Source: Phycisphaerae bacterium
GTDB taxonomy: Bacteria; Planctomycetota; Phycisphaerae; WQYP01
DNA: 64,000 nucleotides
NCBI GenBank assembly: GCA_035524355.1
Contig: DATKPA010000035.1
Location: 12,425 to 76,424 of the forward strand
Direction: 5' to 3'
This document shows, in pieces, positions 21,270 to 30,865 of the stretch (the first letter of the stretch is position 1; every line of letters begins with the position of its first letter). Below the pieces are notes generated by a model. That model was not told the DNA's origin, searched no databases, and saw only the letters and a program-made list of their open reading frames with translations. The position numbers were made by a program, and so were the translations under genes.

Positions 21270-22997
21270 TTACTGGTCGATGACGATACCTTCCGCCTGG
21301 GTGACGCGAGCGATCTCCGTCGCGGTGCTGATGCCGTTGAGCACTTTGACCTTCCCGTCATCCAGCAGCGACTTCATGCCGGCGGCCTTGGCGGCCTTGC
21401 GGATCACGTTCGTGGGCGCACGCTTGAAGGCCATTTCGCGCACTTCGTTCGTCATGACCATCATTTCAAAGATTCCTTTGCGCCCGCGGTAACCCGTGTT
21501 GTTGCACGCCGGGCATCCCATGGGACGCATCACATTCCGCCCCGCGAGTTCCTTGTCGGTGATGCCGAGGAGCGCCAGCGCCTTGCGATCCGGATCCGGG
21601 TCCGGCTGCTTGCATTCGTTGCAGAGGGTACGAATCAGGCGCTGGGCCATGACCGCCTGGATCGAAGACGCAACGAGGAAGGGCTTTACGCCCATATCGA
21701 TCAAGCGTGTGATCGCCGACGGCGCATCATTCGTGTGCAGCGTGGAGAAGACCAGGTGGCCGGTGAGAGCGGCCTGAATCGCCACTTCCGCCACTTCGAG
21801 GTCACGGATTTCACCGACCAGGATGATGTTGGGCGCCTGACGCAGCATCGAGCGGAGGATCTTTGCAAAGCTCAGCCCGATCTGCTCCTTCACCTGGCAC
21901 TGGTTGATGCCCGCGAAGTTGTATTCCACGGGGTCTTCCGCGGTAATGATCTTCTTGTCCGGCTTGTTGAGTTCCTGCAACGCGCCATACAACGTCGTGG
22001 TTTTGCCCGACCCTGTAGGCCCGGTCACCAGGAAGATCCCGTTCGGCCGCGAGATGATCTTTTTGAACTTGTTGTAATCGTCTTCTTCGAACCCCATCGA
22101 CTGCACGCCGATCTTCACATTGTCCGGCCGCAAAATACGGAGGACGATCGATTCCCCGTGATACCCCGGGAGCGCGGACACGCGGAAATCGATGGGCTTC
22201 TCGTCGATCAACATTTTGATACGCCCGTCCTGCGGCAACCGCTTCTCGGCAATGTCCATGCCGGACATGATCTTGATACGCGCCGACACGGGCCCCTGCA
22301 TGCGTTTGGGAATGTTATCGCGTTCCACGCAGACGCCGTCGATGCGATACCGCACCCGCACGCGGTCCTTCATCGGTTCGATGTGAATATCCGACGCCCG
22401 CGCCTTGCACGCCTCCGTGATGATCGCCGTGACCAGCTTGATGATCGGGGCATCGTCATCCCCGCCTCCGCCCACTTTCAGGTCGATCGATGCACCGCGG
22501 TCGAGCGATGAACCGCGGTCGATCGAGGCGGCATTCCGCACGGCTTTATCGATGGATGCGTTCTCGTCGGCAAAGATGCGGTTGATATGCGATTTGATCT
22601 TCGACTTCACGCCAAGGCACGTTTCCAGCTTCGTGTTCAAGCGGAACTTCAGGGCGTCGATCGTATCGATGTCGGTCGGGTCACCGATGACGATCCGCAG
22701 CACGCCGTTCTGCTTATCGAGCGGGAGCACCTGGTGCTTCTTGATCAGGTCGGGGGGAATCAGGTTGAAATTGGAGGCGGCCATCATGGACTTGTCGAGG
22801 TCGATGAACTCCATTCCGTATTGAACGGCGAGGCCTTTGGTCACCTGGTCCTCAGTGGCAAGTTTGAGGTCCAGGATGACTTCATGGAGAGGCCGCCGGG
22901 TCCGGCTGGCTTCCTGGGTCGCCTTCGCCGCCTGGTCAGGTTTCAAAACGCCCATTTCCAGAAGGACGTCCGTCAGCTCTTTTTTGTTCCTGGCCAT
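21270..22997 (-). CDS. pilB: Second GspE/PilB family assembly ATPase
   Basis: GPTGSGKTT, 'RQAPNIILVGEIRD', CNEC/CPAC Zn motifs; degenerate MshEN-like N-terminus. Confidence 0.92.
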   Translation of the reverse strand: MARNKKELTDVLLEMGVLKPDQAAKATQEASRTRRPLHEVILDLKLATEDQVTKGLAVQYGMEFIDLDKSMMAASNFNLIPPDLIKKHQVLPLDKQNGVLRIVIGDPTDIDTIDALKFRLNTKLETCLGVKSKIKSHINRIFADENASIDKAVRNAASIDRGSSLDRGASIDLKVGGGGDDDAPIIKLVTAIITEACKARASDIHIEPMKDRVRVRYRIDGVCVERDNIPKRMQGPVSARIKIMSGMDIAEKRLPQDGRIKMLIDEKPIDFRVSALPGYHGESIVLRILRPDNVKIGVQSMGFEEDDYNKFKKIISRPNGIFLVTGPTGSGKTTTLYGALQELNKPDKKIITAEDPVEYNFAGINQCQVKEQIGLSFAKILRSMLRQAPNIILVGEIRDLEVAEVAIQAALTGHLVFSTLHTNDAPSAITRLIDMGVKPFLVASSIQAVMAQRLIRTLCNECKQPDPDPDRKALALLGITDKELAGRNVMRPMGCPACNNTGYRGRKGIFEMMVMTNEVREMAFKRAPTNVIRKAAKAAGMKSLLDDGKVKVLNGISTATEIARVTQAEGIVIDQ

Positions 22998-23356
22998 GAG
23001 AACCTGCTTTCGAGTTGTAACTATGCTTCCGCAGAGCCCGGAGATGCACGACCGTGCAGTAAACTTTCGCGCAAGTCACTGCTAGTCGATTGCGTGCTAA
23101 ACCGCTGGGTTGCCGAAGCGTGCGACTAGTGGGAACGCCATCATTCTGCTCATCTTACGTAGGGGCGAGAGTGCCGGTCAAGGTGACGTGCCACGCATTC
23201 CCGCGGCAATTCCGCGCGACGCCAGGCGGGGCTCGCCGCAGGTTGTCTGAGTCCCCAGCCTGCGGGCCGTCACAATGGGCAATACCTTCCCGTTGACCCC
23301 GCTCCCGGCCGTCCCGTAGACTTCCTCCCGTCGCCTCCCTCAAGGAAACATCCCAC

Positions 23357-23959
23357 ATGAAACCCATCTCCGCCCGCAAATTTGAGAACCTCGCCGGTTT
23401 TGAAGGCTTCAGCGAGCGGTCGCTCCGGGAACACTATCGCCTCTATGAAGGTTATGTCACCAAGTACAACTCGCTGATGTCCAAGCTCCGGAGCATCCAG
23501 TCCGTTGGCAACATACATGCAGATTCCGACAGCGAATCCCTCAAGGTCGACATCACCTTCGCGCTGGGCGCGATCAAGAACCACGAGGTCTACTTCGAAA
23601 TCCTCGGAAACGAGGGGGAGGAGCCGGAGGGGGCGCTTGCGGAGGAGATCGTGAGCTCGTTCCACAGCGTGCCGCAGTACCTTGTGGACCTGAAACAAAC
23701 CGCATTAATGGGCCGGGGATGGGCATGGACTGCCTACGATCTGGACGGCCGGTATCTGTTCAATTACGAGGGGGGCGCCCACAATGGCCTGCCCGTGTGG
23801 AACGCCGTTCCGATCGTCGCGATCGATCTGTACGGTCATGCGTACTTCTACGATTTTGGCAACAACAAGGTCGCGTACGTTGAAGCGGCCATGAAAGCGA
23901 TCAGTTGGACGAGCGTGGCCAAGCGTTTGGCCGCCATCAAAAGCCACCACGGGCATTAA
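23357..23959 (+). CDS. Fe/Mn superoxide dismutase family protein (divergent)
   Basis: 'EHYRLYEGYV', 'NHEVYF', 'GWAW', 'PIVAIDLYGHAYF...YVEA...ISW'; AAGGA SD. Confidence 0.8.
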   Translation: MKPISARKFENLAGFEGFSERSLREHYRLYEGYVTKYNSLMSKLRSIQSVGNIHADSDSESLKVDITFALGAIKNHEVYFEILGNEGEEPEGALAEEIVSSFHSVPQYLVDLKQTALMGRGWAWTAYDLDGRYLFNYEGGAHNGLPVWNAVPIVAIDLYGHAYFYDFGNNKVAYVEAAMKAISWTSVAKRLAAIKSHHGH

Positions 23960-24081
23960 TTTCCCGTGAGCTGCTGAAGACGGGGAGGGTAGTGGTGATA
24001 TTTCCGATGCCGCCAACGGGTTGGGGAAAGCCAGCGAAGGCGCGGCGCGGTGACGGTGAACCGCTTGCATTCCGGCCAAAT

Positions 24082-24113
24082 AAAAAGACCCGCACCGTGA
24101 GGCGCGGGCCTTT
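24082..24113 (-). terminator. Intrinsic terminator after rplT
   Basis: On the minus strand: AAAGGCCCGCGCC-TCAC-GGTGCGGGTCTTTTT. Confidence 0.75.
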
Positions 24114-24141
24114 ATGTTGAAGCGATCAGGGTCCCGGCGTT

Positions 24142-24504
24142 TTACTTCACGCCGAGGGCTTCCTTGGCCTTGGCGACGATCTGGTCGAAAGCGGCCGGAT
24201 CGGCGATGGCGATTTCGCTGAGCGACTTGCGGTTCAGAGTGATTTTGGCCTTGAGCAGGCCGTTGATCAGTTGGCTGTAGCGCAGGCCGCGCATCTGTGC
24301 GGCGGCGGAGAGGCGGGTAATCCAGAGTCCGCGGTACTCGCGTTTTTTGATTTTGCGGTCCTGGAAGCGGTGATTACCGGCGCGAAGCAGGGTTTCGTGC
24401 GCTGTCTTGTACAGTTTTGAACGGCCGCCGACGAATCCCTTGGCGCGCTTGAGGAGTCTCTTGTGGCGCTGTTTACGGGCAGCTCCGATACGAACGCGGG
24501 GCAT
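24142..24504 (-). CDS. rplT: 50S ribosomal protein L20
   Basis: 'MPRVRIGAARKQRHKRLLKRAKGFVGGRS...RKIKKREYRGLWITR...LNRKSLSEIA'. Confidence 0.97.
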   Translation of the reverse strand: MPRVRIGAARKQRHKRLLKRAKGFVGGRSKLYKTAHETLLRAGNHRFQDRKIKKREYRGLWITRLSAAAQMRGLRYSQLINGLLKAKITLNRKSLSEIAIADPAAFDQIVAKAKEALGVK

Positions 24505-24590
24505 GATGACCTCCGAATGTTTTCAGTTAAAAGTTCAAAGTTCCAAATACGAACGAGAGCACAATCCGGCGATGCCATCGCCGGATTTAT

Positions 24591-24794
24591 TTACCGAGCG
24601 CCAGGTCCAAGCAGCCGAATCATCTTTTCGGCGAACGGCCCGGTGATGGTGGTGGTGCCACGCAGACGGCGGCGGCGGTTGCCGGACTTACCGGACTGGA
24701 GGTGCCCCTTGTTGTGCTTGTGGAACTTGACCTTGCCGCGGGCGGTCACCTTGACCCGCTTTTTGATACCCTTGTGGGTTTTCATTTTGGGCAC
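24591..24794 (-). CDS. rpmI: 50S ribosomal protein L35
   Basis: GTG start 7 nt after AGGAGG; MPKMKTHKGIKKRVKVTARGK...KSGNRRRRLR. Confidence 0.96.
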   Translation of the reverse strand: MPKMKTHKGIKKRVKVTARGKVKFHKHNKGHLQSGKSGNRRRRLRGTTTITGPFAEKMIRLLGPGAR

Positions 24795-24820
24795 GCGTGT
24801 GCCTCCTGCAACAATCACCC

Positions 24821-24847
24821 AAAGCGCACCGTCCGACGGCACGCTTT
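24821..24847 (-). promoter_or_regulatory. 12-bp hairpin in the rpmI-rplT leader (candidate r-protein leader element)
   Basis: AAAGCGTGCCGT-CGG-ACGGTGCGCTTT, 13 nt upstream of the SD. Confidence 0.45.
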
Positions 24848-24954
24848 ACTGGAGCTCTCAGGGGGGCGTCGTGGACGCCGCTTCAGACCCCGGCCCGGTG
24901 AAGAGAGTCAGGTAATATACAGAACTGGATGGCCTGCGTCCACCATGGCCGCCG

Positions 24955-25596
24955 CTATGCCGAAACGAGCCCATGCTTTACCGCGAACATGATGAGCGCC
25001 GCATTGTTGCGCAACCCCAGCACTTCCATCATGTGGTATTTGTGAAACTCCACAGTCCGCGCCGAGATTTCAAGCGACGTTGCAATTTCCTTCGCAGAAC
25101 GCCCCTCCGCCAGCAGTTGAAGGATCTCTCTCTGACGGGAAGTAAGCTGCGTCGCCGGCTGATCGGAAGCATTCGGCCCGGTCCGCATGGCGTGGAGAAT
25201 CTCGCCGGTCAATGACGGGGTGATGTACACGTTACCGCTCAGCGCGGTGCGGATGGCAAGGATGAGTTCTGACGGCGCCGCGTGCTTGAGAACGAAACCG
25301 GACGCCCCCGCCTCCAGCGCCCGCCGCGCGTAGGCGATTTCCTGGTGCATGGTCAGAAAGACCGCCTTCATCCGCGGCATGTCTTTGCGCAACTGGATGA
25401 ACGCATCGATGCCATTCAACCGCGGCATTGCAATATCCGCCACAATGATGTCCGGCTGCAGTTTCTTCGCCGCATCGATCATCGCGCGGCCATCCTCGAC
25501 AACGCTGACGAGGTTGAATTCCTCCGCCAGCAGCGAACGCAACCCTTCCACGACGATCCGATGATCATCGGCAAGCAATACGCGTGGACGACTCAT
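24955..25596 (-). CDS. NarL/LuxR family response regulator
   Basis: REC 'VLLADDH...DIAMP...GFVLK' plus HTH 'LTSRQREILQLLAEGRSAKEIA...TVEFH'. Confidence 0.93.
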   Translation of the reverse strand: MSRPRVLLADDHRIVVEGLRSLLAEEFNLVSVVEDGRAMIDAAKKLQPDIIVADIAMPRLNGIDAFIQLRKDMPRMKAVFLTMHQEIAYARRALEAGASGFVLKHAAPSELILAIRTALSGNVYITPSLTGEILHAMRTGPNASDQPATQLTSRQREILQLLAEGRSAKEIATSLEISARTVEFHKYHMMEVLGLRNNAALIMFAVKHGLVSA

Positions 25597-27638
25597 AGGA
25601 TGCCCTCCGTCAACGGGACCCAGATCACAACCATGGTTCCGCCGCCCGGTTTGCTGTCGACGGAACAGGTGCCCCCAAGCAGCCGCGAGCGCTCGCGCAT
25701 GCTCGCAAGGCCGAGACCTCGCCGATTTCGACGGAGGGTTGTATCGAAACCGACACCGTTATCTTCGATGACCAGTTGCACGCCGCCATCCACGCCCCAC
25801 AAGGAGACCTCCACCTTCGAAGCCCGACCATGCCGGGCGGCGTTGCGCAGCGACTCCTGGGCGATGCGGAACAACGCGATCGCCATGTCGCTCGGAATGG
25901 CGAGTGGAAGCTGGCGCAGACTCACGTGAGTGACGACCGACTCGCGCCGCGAAAACTCGTCGCACTCCGCCGTGAGCGCATCGACCAATCCCAGGTCGAT
26001 CACGGCCGAGGGGTGCAGTTGGTAGGAGAGAGCGTGCACGTCTTGGCTCAATCGCGCGAGTCCCTCGCGCACCCCCTGGATCAAGTCGCCGGCGGCCGTA
26101 TCCAGGCATGGCGATCGTTCCACGCGGCCAACATCAATGGCCAGCCTCGCCAGACGCTGCGTCACATCATCATGCAGTTCGCGCGCCAGGCGGGCGCGCT
26201 CCTCTTCCTGCGCATGGATGAGCCGGCCGCTCAAATCCTGGGCCGCGCGCTCGGCTTCAATCCGCTCGGTCATGTCCACGAAGGAACCGATGAATCCGCA
26301 AAAGAGGTTCTTTGCATCAAAACGTGGAACGCCGCTGTTGGTCATCCACCGATACGCCTCGTCGCGCCGCCGCAGTCGGCATTGCGCCACGAACGGCTGA
26401 CGCCGCTCGAATCCCCGCTCCACATTCTCCATGAACTCCTGCAGATCCTCCGGGTGAATCCCTGATGTCCACCCCTTTCCCGACTCCTGCTCAATGCTGC
26501 GGCCCGTGAAATCCAGCCACCGCTTGTTGACGAAGAACAGCTTATTCTCCGCATCGGTCATCCAGATCAGCACGGGCGCCGAGTCCGCGATGATCCGGAA
26601 CCGCGTCTCGCTTTCCCGCAGCGATTCCTCGGCCTTCTTGCGCTCCGAAATATCCCGCACAAATCCGGTAAAGACCCGGTTGTTCCCCAGCTTCGTCTCC
26701 CCGATCGACAACTCGATCGGAAACGTTGTTCCATCCTTGTGCTGCCCGACCAATTCCCGTCCCACGCCGATGATCTTTGCGTTCCCCGTCTCAAGGTATT
26801 TCCGCAAATAGCAGTCGTGCTCCATCCGGTACGGCTCGGGCATGAGCACGCTGACGTTCCGACCTTCCAGTTCCCCTTGCGCATATCCAAAAATCCGCTC
26901 GGCCATCAGATTCGCCGACTGGATGACGCCGCGCGGGTCGATTGTGATGATCCCCTCCGCCGCGGTGTTCAGTATTGCCTCCAGCAGCGCCTCGTTGTGC
27001 TGCAGCGCGATATCCGACGACTTCCGCGCCAAGGCATGCGTGAAGAGATGGCCGACGAGTTCGAACCGCTTGACCGTTTCTGGCGACCAAGACCGCTCCG
27101 CCAGCGTCGACCCAAAGGAAAGCGACCCGAGCCAATCCTCTCCCGTCCAGAGCGGCACGACCACCGTCGATTTTGTCTGGTATTGCCGCAGAATCTCCCG
27201 GTCCAGAGCCGCCTCCGGGGGAAGATCATCAAGCCGATCGATCACCACAGTCCGGCCGCTCTGAATCTTCTCGAAAATCCAGGGGAACAGCGAGCGGCCA
27301 TCCATTCGTCTGTAGACCGGCGGGGTCTCAGCGCTGTTGAGAATCCACCGGGCGTCGCTGAGCAGTTCCTCTCTCGGCGTTTCCGTGAACTCGGGGAATT
27401 CCGCGGGCTGATACACGTGGGTCAGCATCATTTCGGTCGAAGCTCCCGGCGACTTCTGCCAGAGCGTGGAGCGATCCAGCCCGAACCCCTCACAGAGCAG
27501 ACGCTGCGCCCGTTCCAGGGCCGCATCCATCTGATTGGGAGGCAGATTGATGAACCGCGCGGACATCTCGCACATCAGCGACTCAAACCAATCGCCCGCT
27601 TGAGCGCGCTCTGTCGGCATCTCTGCTGTGAAGCTCAT
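25593..27638 (-). CDS. GAF-PAS-PAS sensor histidine kinase (HisKA_3/NarX type) with FixL-like heme PAS
   Basis: PAS1 'LMPEPYRMEHDCYLRKYLETGNAKIIGVGRELVGQHKDGTTFP'; H-box 'EERARLARELHD'; 'ESLRNAARH', 'EDNGVGF', 'GLGLASMRER'. Confidence 0.9.
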   Translation of the reverse strand: MSFTAEMPTERAQAGDWFESLMCEMSARFINLPPNQMDAALERAQRLLCEGFGLDRSTLWQKSPGASTEMMLTHVYQPAEFPEFTETPREELLSDARWILNSAETPPVYRRMDGRSLFPWIFEKIQSGRTVVIDRLDDLPPEAALDREILRQYQTKSTVVVPLWTGEDWLGSLSFGSTLAERSWSPETVKRFELVGHLFTHALARKSSDIALQHNEALLEAILNTAAEGIITIDPRGVIQSANLMAERIFGYAQGELEGRNVSVLMPEPYRMEHDCYLRKYLETGNAKIIGVGRELVGQHKDGTTFPIELSIGETKLGNNRVFTGFVRDISERKKAEESLRESETRFRIIADSAPVLIWMTDAENKLFFVNKRWLDFTGRSIEQESGKGWTSGIHPEDLQEFMENVERGFERRQPFVAQCRLRRRDEAYRWMTNSGVPRFDAKNLFCGFIGSFVDMTERIEAERAAQDLSGRLIHAQEEERARLARELHDDVTQRLARLAIDVGRVERSPCLDTAAGDLIQGVREGLARLSQDVHALSYQLHPSAVIDLGLVDALTAECDEFSRRESVVTHVSLRQLPLAIPSDMAIALFRIAQESLRNAARHGRASKVEVSLWGVDGGVQLVIEDNGVGFDTTLRRNRRGLGLASMRERSRLLGGTCSVDSKPGGGTMVVIWVPLTEGIL

Positions 27639-27962
27639 AGGCCTCTTTCCAGATGGCCACTTTTAACGTTCTTTAACAAACAACCGCTACTGTGTCCCCG
27701 ATCCGCACGCGAGTTTTCCCACACATCTCTCGCCGTTGTGCCCCACTCTCCGGATCGCGGACGCGCTCCCATTGGGAGCCCTTCTGACAGGATGACCCAT
27801 ATGTTACCGGCTCCCACCCGCCCCTGTCAGCATAATTATTTCAATATATGACATTCTCAGCATCGGTATTTTCCTTATCCAAACCTCGTATTCTTACGAG
27901 TTAACGACCAGCACGCGGCGAAGTATAGGTAATCGTCAGGCGACTCACGCAGGGGATCAATC

Positions 27963-28766
27963 ATGTCCGAAGCGCAAACGACCGACCGCAAATTCAAAAA
28001 GAAGAAGTACGAAAAAGAGCTCCGCCGTTTACAGGGGAAGCTCTGCGACCTGCAGGCCTGGGTGAAGCATAAGGGCCTCCGGGTCATCATCGTTTTTGAA
28101 GGACGCGACGGCGCAGGAAAAGGGGGCACCATTCGTGCCATCACCGAACGCGTCAGCCCACGTGTTTTTCGCGTCGTTGCGCTGCCCGCGCCTTCCGATC
28201 GCGAGAAATCCCAGATGTACGTCCAGCGTTACATGCAGCATTTCCCGGCCGCCGGTGAAATCGTCATCTTCGATCGCAGTTGGTACAATCGCGCCGGCGT
28301 CGAACACGTCATGGGCTTCTGCACCGACGATCAGTACAAACATTTCCTCAAGGTCTGCCCCGAATTCGAACATCACCTGACCGCCAACGGCGTCATCCTG
28401 ATCAAATACTGGCTCGAAGTGAGCAGCAAGGAACAGGAACGCCGCTTCCGCGCCCGCATCGAAGACCCCATCCGGCAGTGGAAGCTCAGCCCGATGGACC
28501 TCCCCTCCCTGAGCCGCTGGTATGATTATTCCCGCGCCCGCGACGTCATGCTCAAGGCCACCGACACAAAGCACGCCCCCTGGCACGTACTCCGATCCGA
28601 TGACAAGAAGCGAGCCCGCCTGAACTGCCTCGCGCATCTGCTCAAGCAGATCCCCTACAAGAAACTCCCCAGAGAGCGCATCGAGCTTCCCGACCGCTCC
28701 AAAAAGGGCGAGTACGACGATCAGAAATCCCTCAGGGGCCGGCGCTTCGTTCCGGAGAAGTATTGA
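27963..28766 (+). CDS. ppk2: Polyphosphate kinase 2
   Basis: 'FEGRDGAGKGGTI', 'FDRSWYNRAGVE', 'WKLSPMD', 'DDKKRARLN'. Confidence 0.95.
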   Translation: MSEAQTTDRKFKKKKYEKELRRLQGKLCDLQAWVKHKGLRVIIVFEGRDGAGKGGTIRAITERVSPRVFRVVALPAPSDREKSQMYVQRYMQHFPAAGEIVIFDRSWYNRAGVEHVMGFCTDDQYKHFLKVCPEFEHHLTANGVILIKYWLEVSSKEQERRFRARIEDPIRQWKLSPMDLPSLSRWYDYSRARDVMLKATDTKHAPWHVLRSDDKKRARLNCLAHLLKQIPYKKLPRERIELPDRSKKGEYDDQKSLRGRRFVPEKY

Positions 28767-30490
28767 TGCCCCCCGCATTGCCCGACACGCCGAAACCCGA
28801 ACCTCAGCCAAGTGCGGCATCCTTCCTCAGCCGGATCACGCCGGGCCTGCACGCCGCGTTCGGAGGCGGACCCGCGGCAATCCGCAGCGACCTCATCGCC
28901 GCCGTCACCTTGGCCGCCTACCTTCTCCCCTCCAACATCGGCGACGCCACCCTCGCGGGTCTCCCCCCCGAAGCCGGCCTCTACGCCTGCCTCTTCTCCG
29001 GCCTCGTCTTCTGGATCTTCTGCAGTTCACAACACACCACCATCACTGTCACCTCGGCCATCTCGCTCCTGATCGGGACTTCCCTCGGCGGTCTTGCCGG
29101 CGGAGACCCGACACGCTTCTGGGCCCTGGCCTCCTGCACCTGCCTCATCGTAGGCGCCATGGCATTCATCGCCTGGGCCCTTCGCGCCGGCGCGCTCGTC
29201 AACTTCATCTCGGAGACCGTGTTGATCGGTTTCAAAGCCGGCGTCGCTCTGCACCTCACCTCCACCCAGTTGCCCAAGCTCTTCGGCTTCAAAGGCAGCC
29301 ACGGCGATTTCTGGGAGCGCATGGGCTGGTTCTTCACGCACCTGCACGAGACCAACCCGCTTGCACTCACGTTCGGCCTCGCCGCGCTGGCCATCCTTGT
29401 CGCCGGAAAGGTGTTCCTCAAGAACAAGCCCGTGGCGCTTTTTGTGATGATCGCCGGCATTCTCATCGCCTCGATTGTGCCGATGAGCGATCGCGGCGTG
29501 TCGCTGCTCGGCGAAATCCCCCACGGCTTGCCCCACGTCCAACTGCCGCCGGTGGAATTGCACGATTTGAACGACCTGCTCCCCCTGGCCATGGCCTGCT
29601 TCATGCTCGCCGCCGTCGAAACCGCCGCCATCGGCCGCACGTTCGCGCTCAAGTATCGCTACAAACTCGACATCAATCAGGAACTGCTGGCCATCGCCGC
29701 CGCCAACATCGCCGCCGGATTCGGGCGCGGTTATCCGGTAAGCGGCGGCATGTCCCAATCGCTGGTCAATGAAAGCGCCGGCGGCCGCTCCCCGCTCTCG
29801 GGGTTCGGCGCGGCCTGCATCGTCCTGCTGGTCGCGGTGTTTCTCTCCGGACTGCTGCGCAACCTGCCGCAACCGGTCCTCGCCGCCATCGTGCTCGTCG
29901 CCGTGACGGGCCTCTTTAAAATCTCCAGCTTGAAGCGACTCTGGCACTTCAACCGCGCCGAATTCTTCGTCGCCATGGCCGCCCTCGCGGGTGTCCTCTG
30001 TTCGGGACTGCTCCGCGGCGTCCTCATCGGCGCGGTCCTCTCGATCATCATTCTCCTCCGCCGCGGCTCCAGGCCCCACACCACCCAGCTCGGACGCGTG
30101 CCCGGCTCCCAATATTTTGCGGATGCCATTCGACACCAGGAAAACACCCTGGAACCCGGCATCTTCGTCTTCCGTGTCGACAGCTCGCTTCTCTATTTCA
30201 ACGTCGACTACGTGCGCGACAGATTCTTTGAACTACTCAATGAGCGCACCGACAACATTCGCCTCGCCATTTTCTACCTCGGCACAACCCCGTTCGTTGA
30301 TATCGCCGGAGCCGATCTTCTCCTCGAACTCGCCGAAGCCTTGAACGCCCGCAACATCACCTTCCGCCTCGCCGAAGCCCACGGCCAGGTGCGCGATGCC
30401 CTCCGCCGCGCCGGTCTGGAAGATCACACCGGCATTCACGCCAATGAAACCGTCAGCGAAATCGTCGCCGCAGCACTCGCGCAGGCCTGA
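28766..30490 (+). CDS. sulP: SulP (SLC26) family anion permease with STAS domain
   Basis: TGATG overlap with ppk2; 'GLPPEAGLY', 'GGMSQSLVNESAGG', C-terminal STAS 'VFRVDSSLLYFN...PFVDIAG'. Confidence 0.92.
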   Translation: MPPALPDTPKPEPQPSAASFLSRITPGLHAAFGGGPAAIRSDLIAAVTLAAYLLPSNIGDATLAGLPPEAGLYACLFSGLVFWIFCSSQHTTITVTSAISLLIGTSLGGLAGGDPTRFWALASCTCLIVGAMAFIAWALRAGALVNFISETVLIGFKAGVALHLTSTQLPKLFGFKGSHGDFWERMGWFFTHLHETNPLALTFGLAALAILVAGKVFLKNKPVALFVMIAGILIASIVPMSDRGVSLLGEIPHGLPHVQLPPVELHDLNDLLPLAMACFMLAAVETAAIGRTFALKYRYKLDINQELLAIAAANIAAGFGRGYPVSGGMSQSLVNESAGGRSPLSGFGAACIVLLVAVFLSGLLRNLPQPVLAAIVLVAVTGLFKISSLKRLWHFNRAEFFVAMAALAGVLCSGLLRGVLIGAVLSIIILLRRGSRPHTTQLGRVPGSQYFADAIRHQENTLEPGIFVFRVDSSLLYFNVDYVRDRFFELLNERTDNIRLAIFYLGTTPFVDIAGADLLLELAEALNARNITFRLAEAHGQVRDALRRAGLEDHTGIHANETVSEIVAAALAQA

Positions 30491-30865
30491 CCTCTCTCCT
30501 CTCTCCACTCGCGCAAAACTTGCCCCTTTTCTCAATTCTGCAAATGTCACCCAATGCCGCATGCGCAAATCCTTGCCCTATCACGCTTCATCCCCGCTTT
30601 AACCGGTAATTTTCGGCGCTGGAACCTCGTAATCTTACGAGTTCATCCCCGTCACGCCTTCCCGTATACGTACACGCGTCAGCACGCTTGCAAGTGCAGA
30701 ATGTCAACGACGTGCATCAGCCGTGCGAAGAGCACATGGAGCTGTCCTGCATCTCCTGTCGTTGGCTTGCGCATGTCCAGGCGAACTGCTCACGATGCCT
30801 CTTCTCAAACCGGCTCATGCGACTACGTTCCACGCGATGAGGCCTCCGTCCCCTCGGGAGTTACC

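Noticed and set aside
23000-23350. Possible c-di-GMP riboswitch upstream of pilB (CTAGTCG/CGACTAG inverted repeat at 23082-23129)
   Set aside because: The GEMM-I and class II consensus elements could not be matched by eye; an Infernal/Rfam scan would be needed.
27640-27960. FNR/FixK box near the heme-PAS system
   Set aside because: No TTGAT-N4-ATCAA match; only a half-site and AT-rich sequence.
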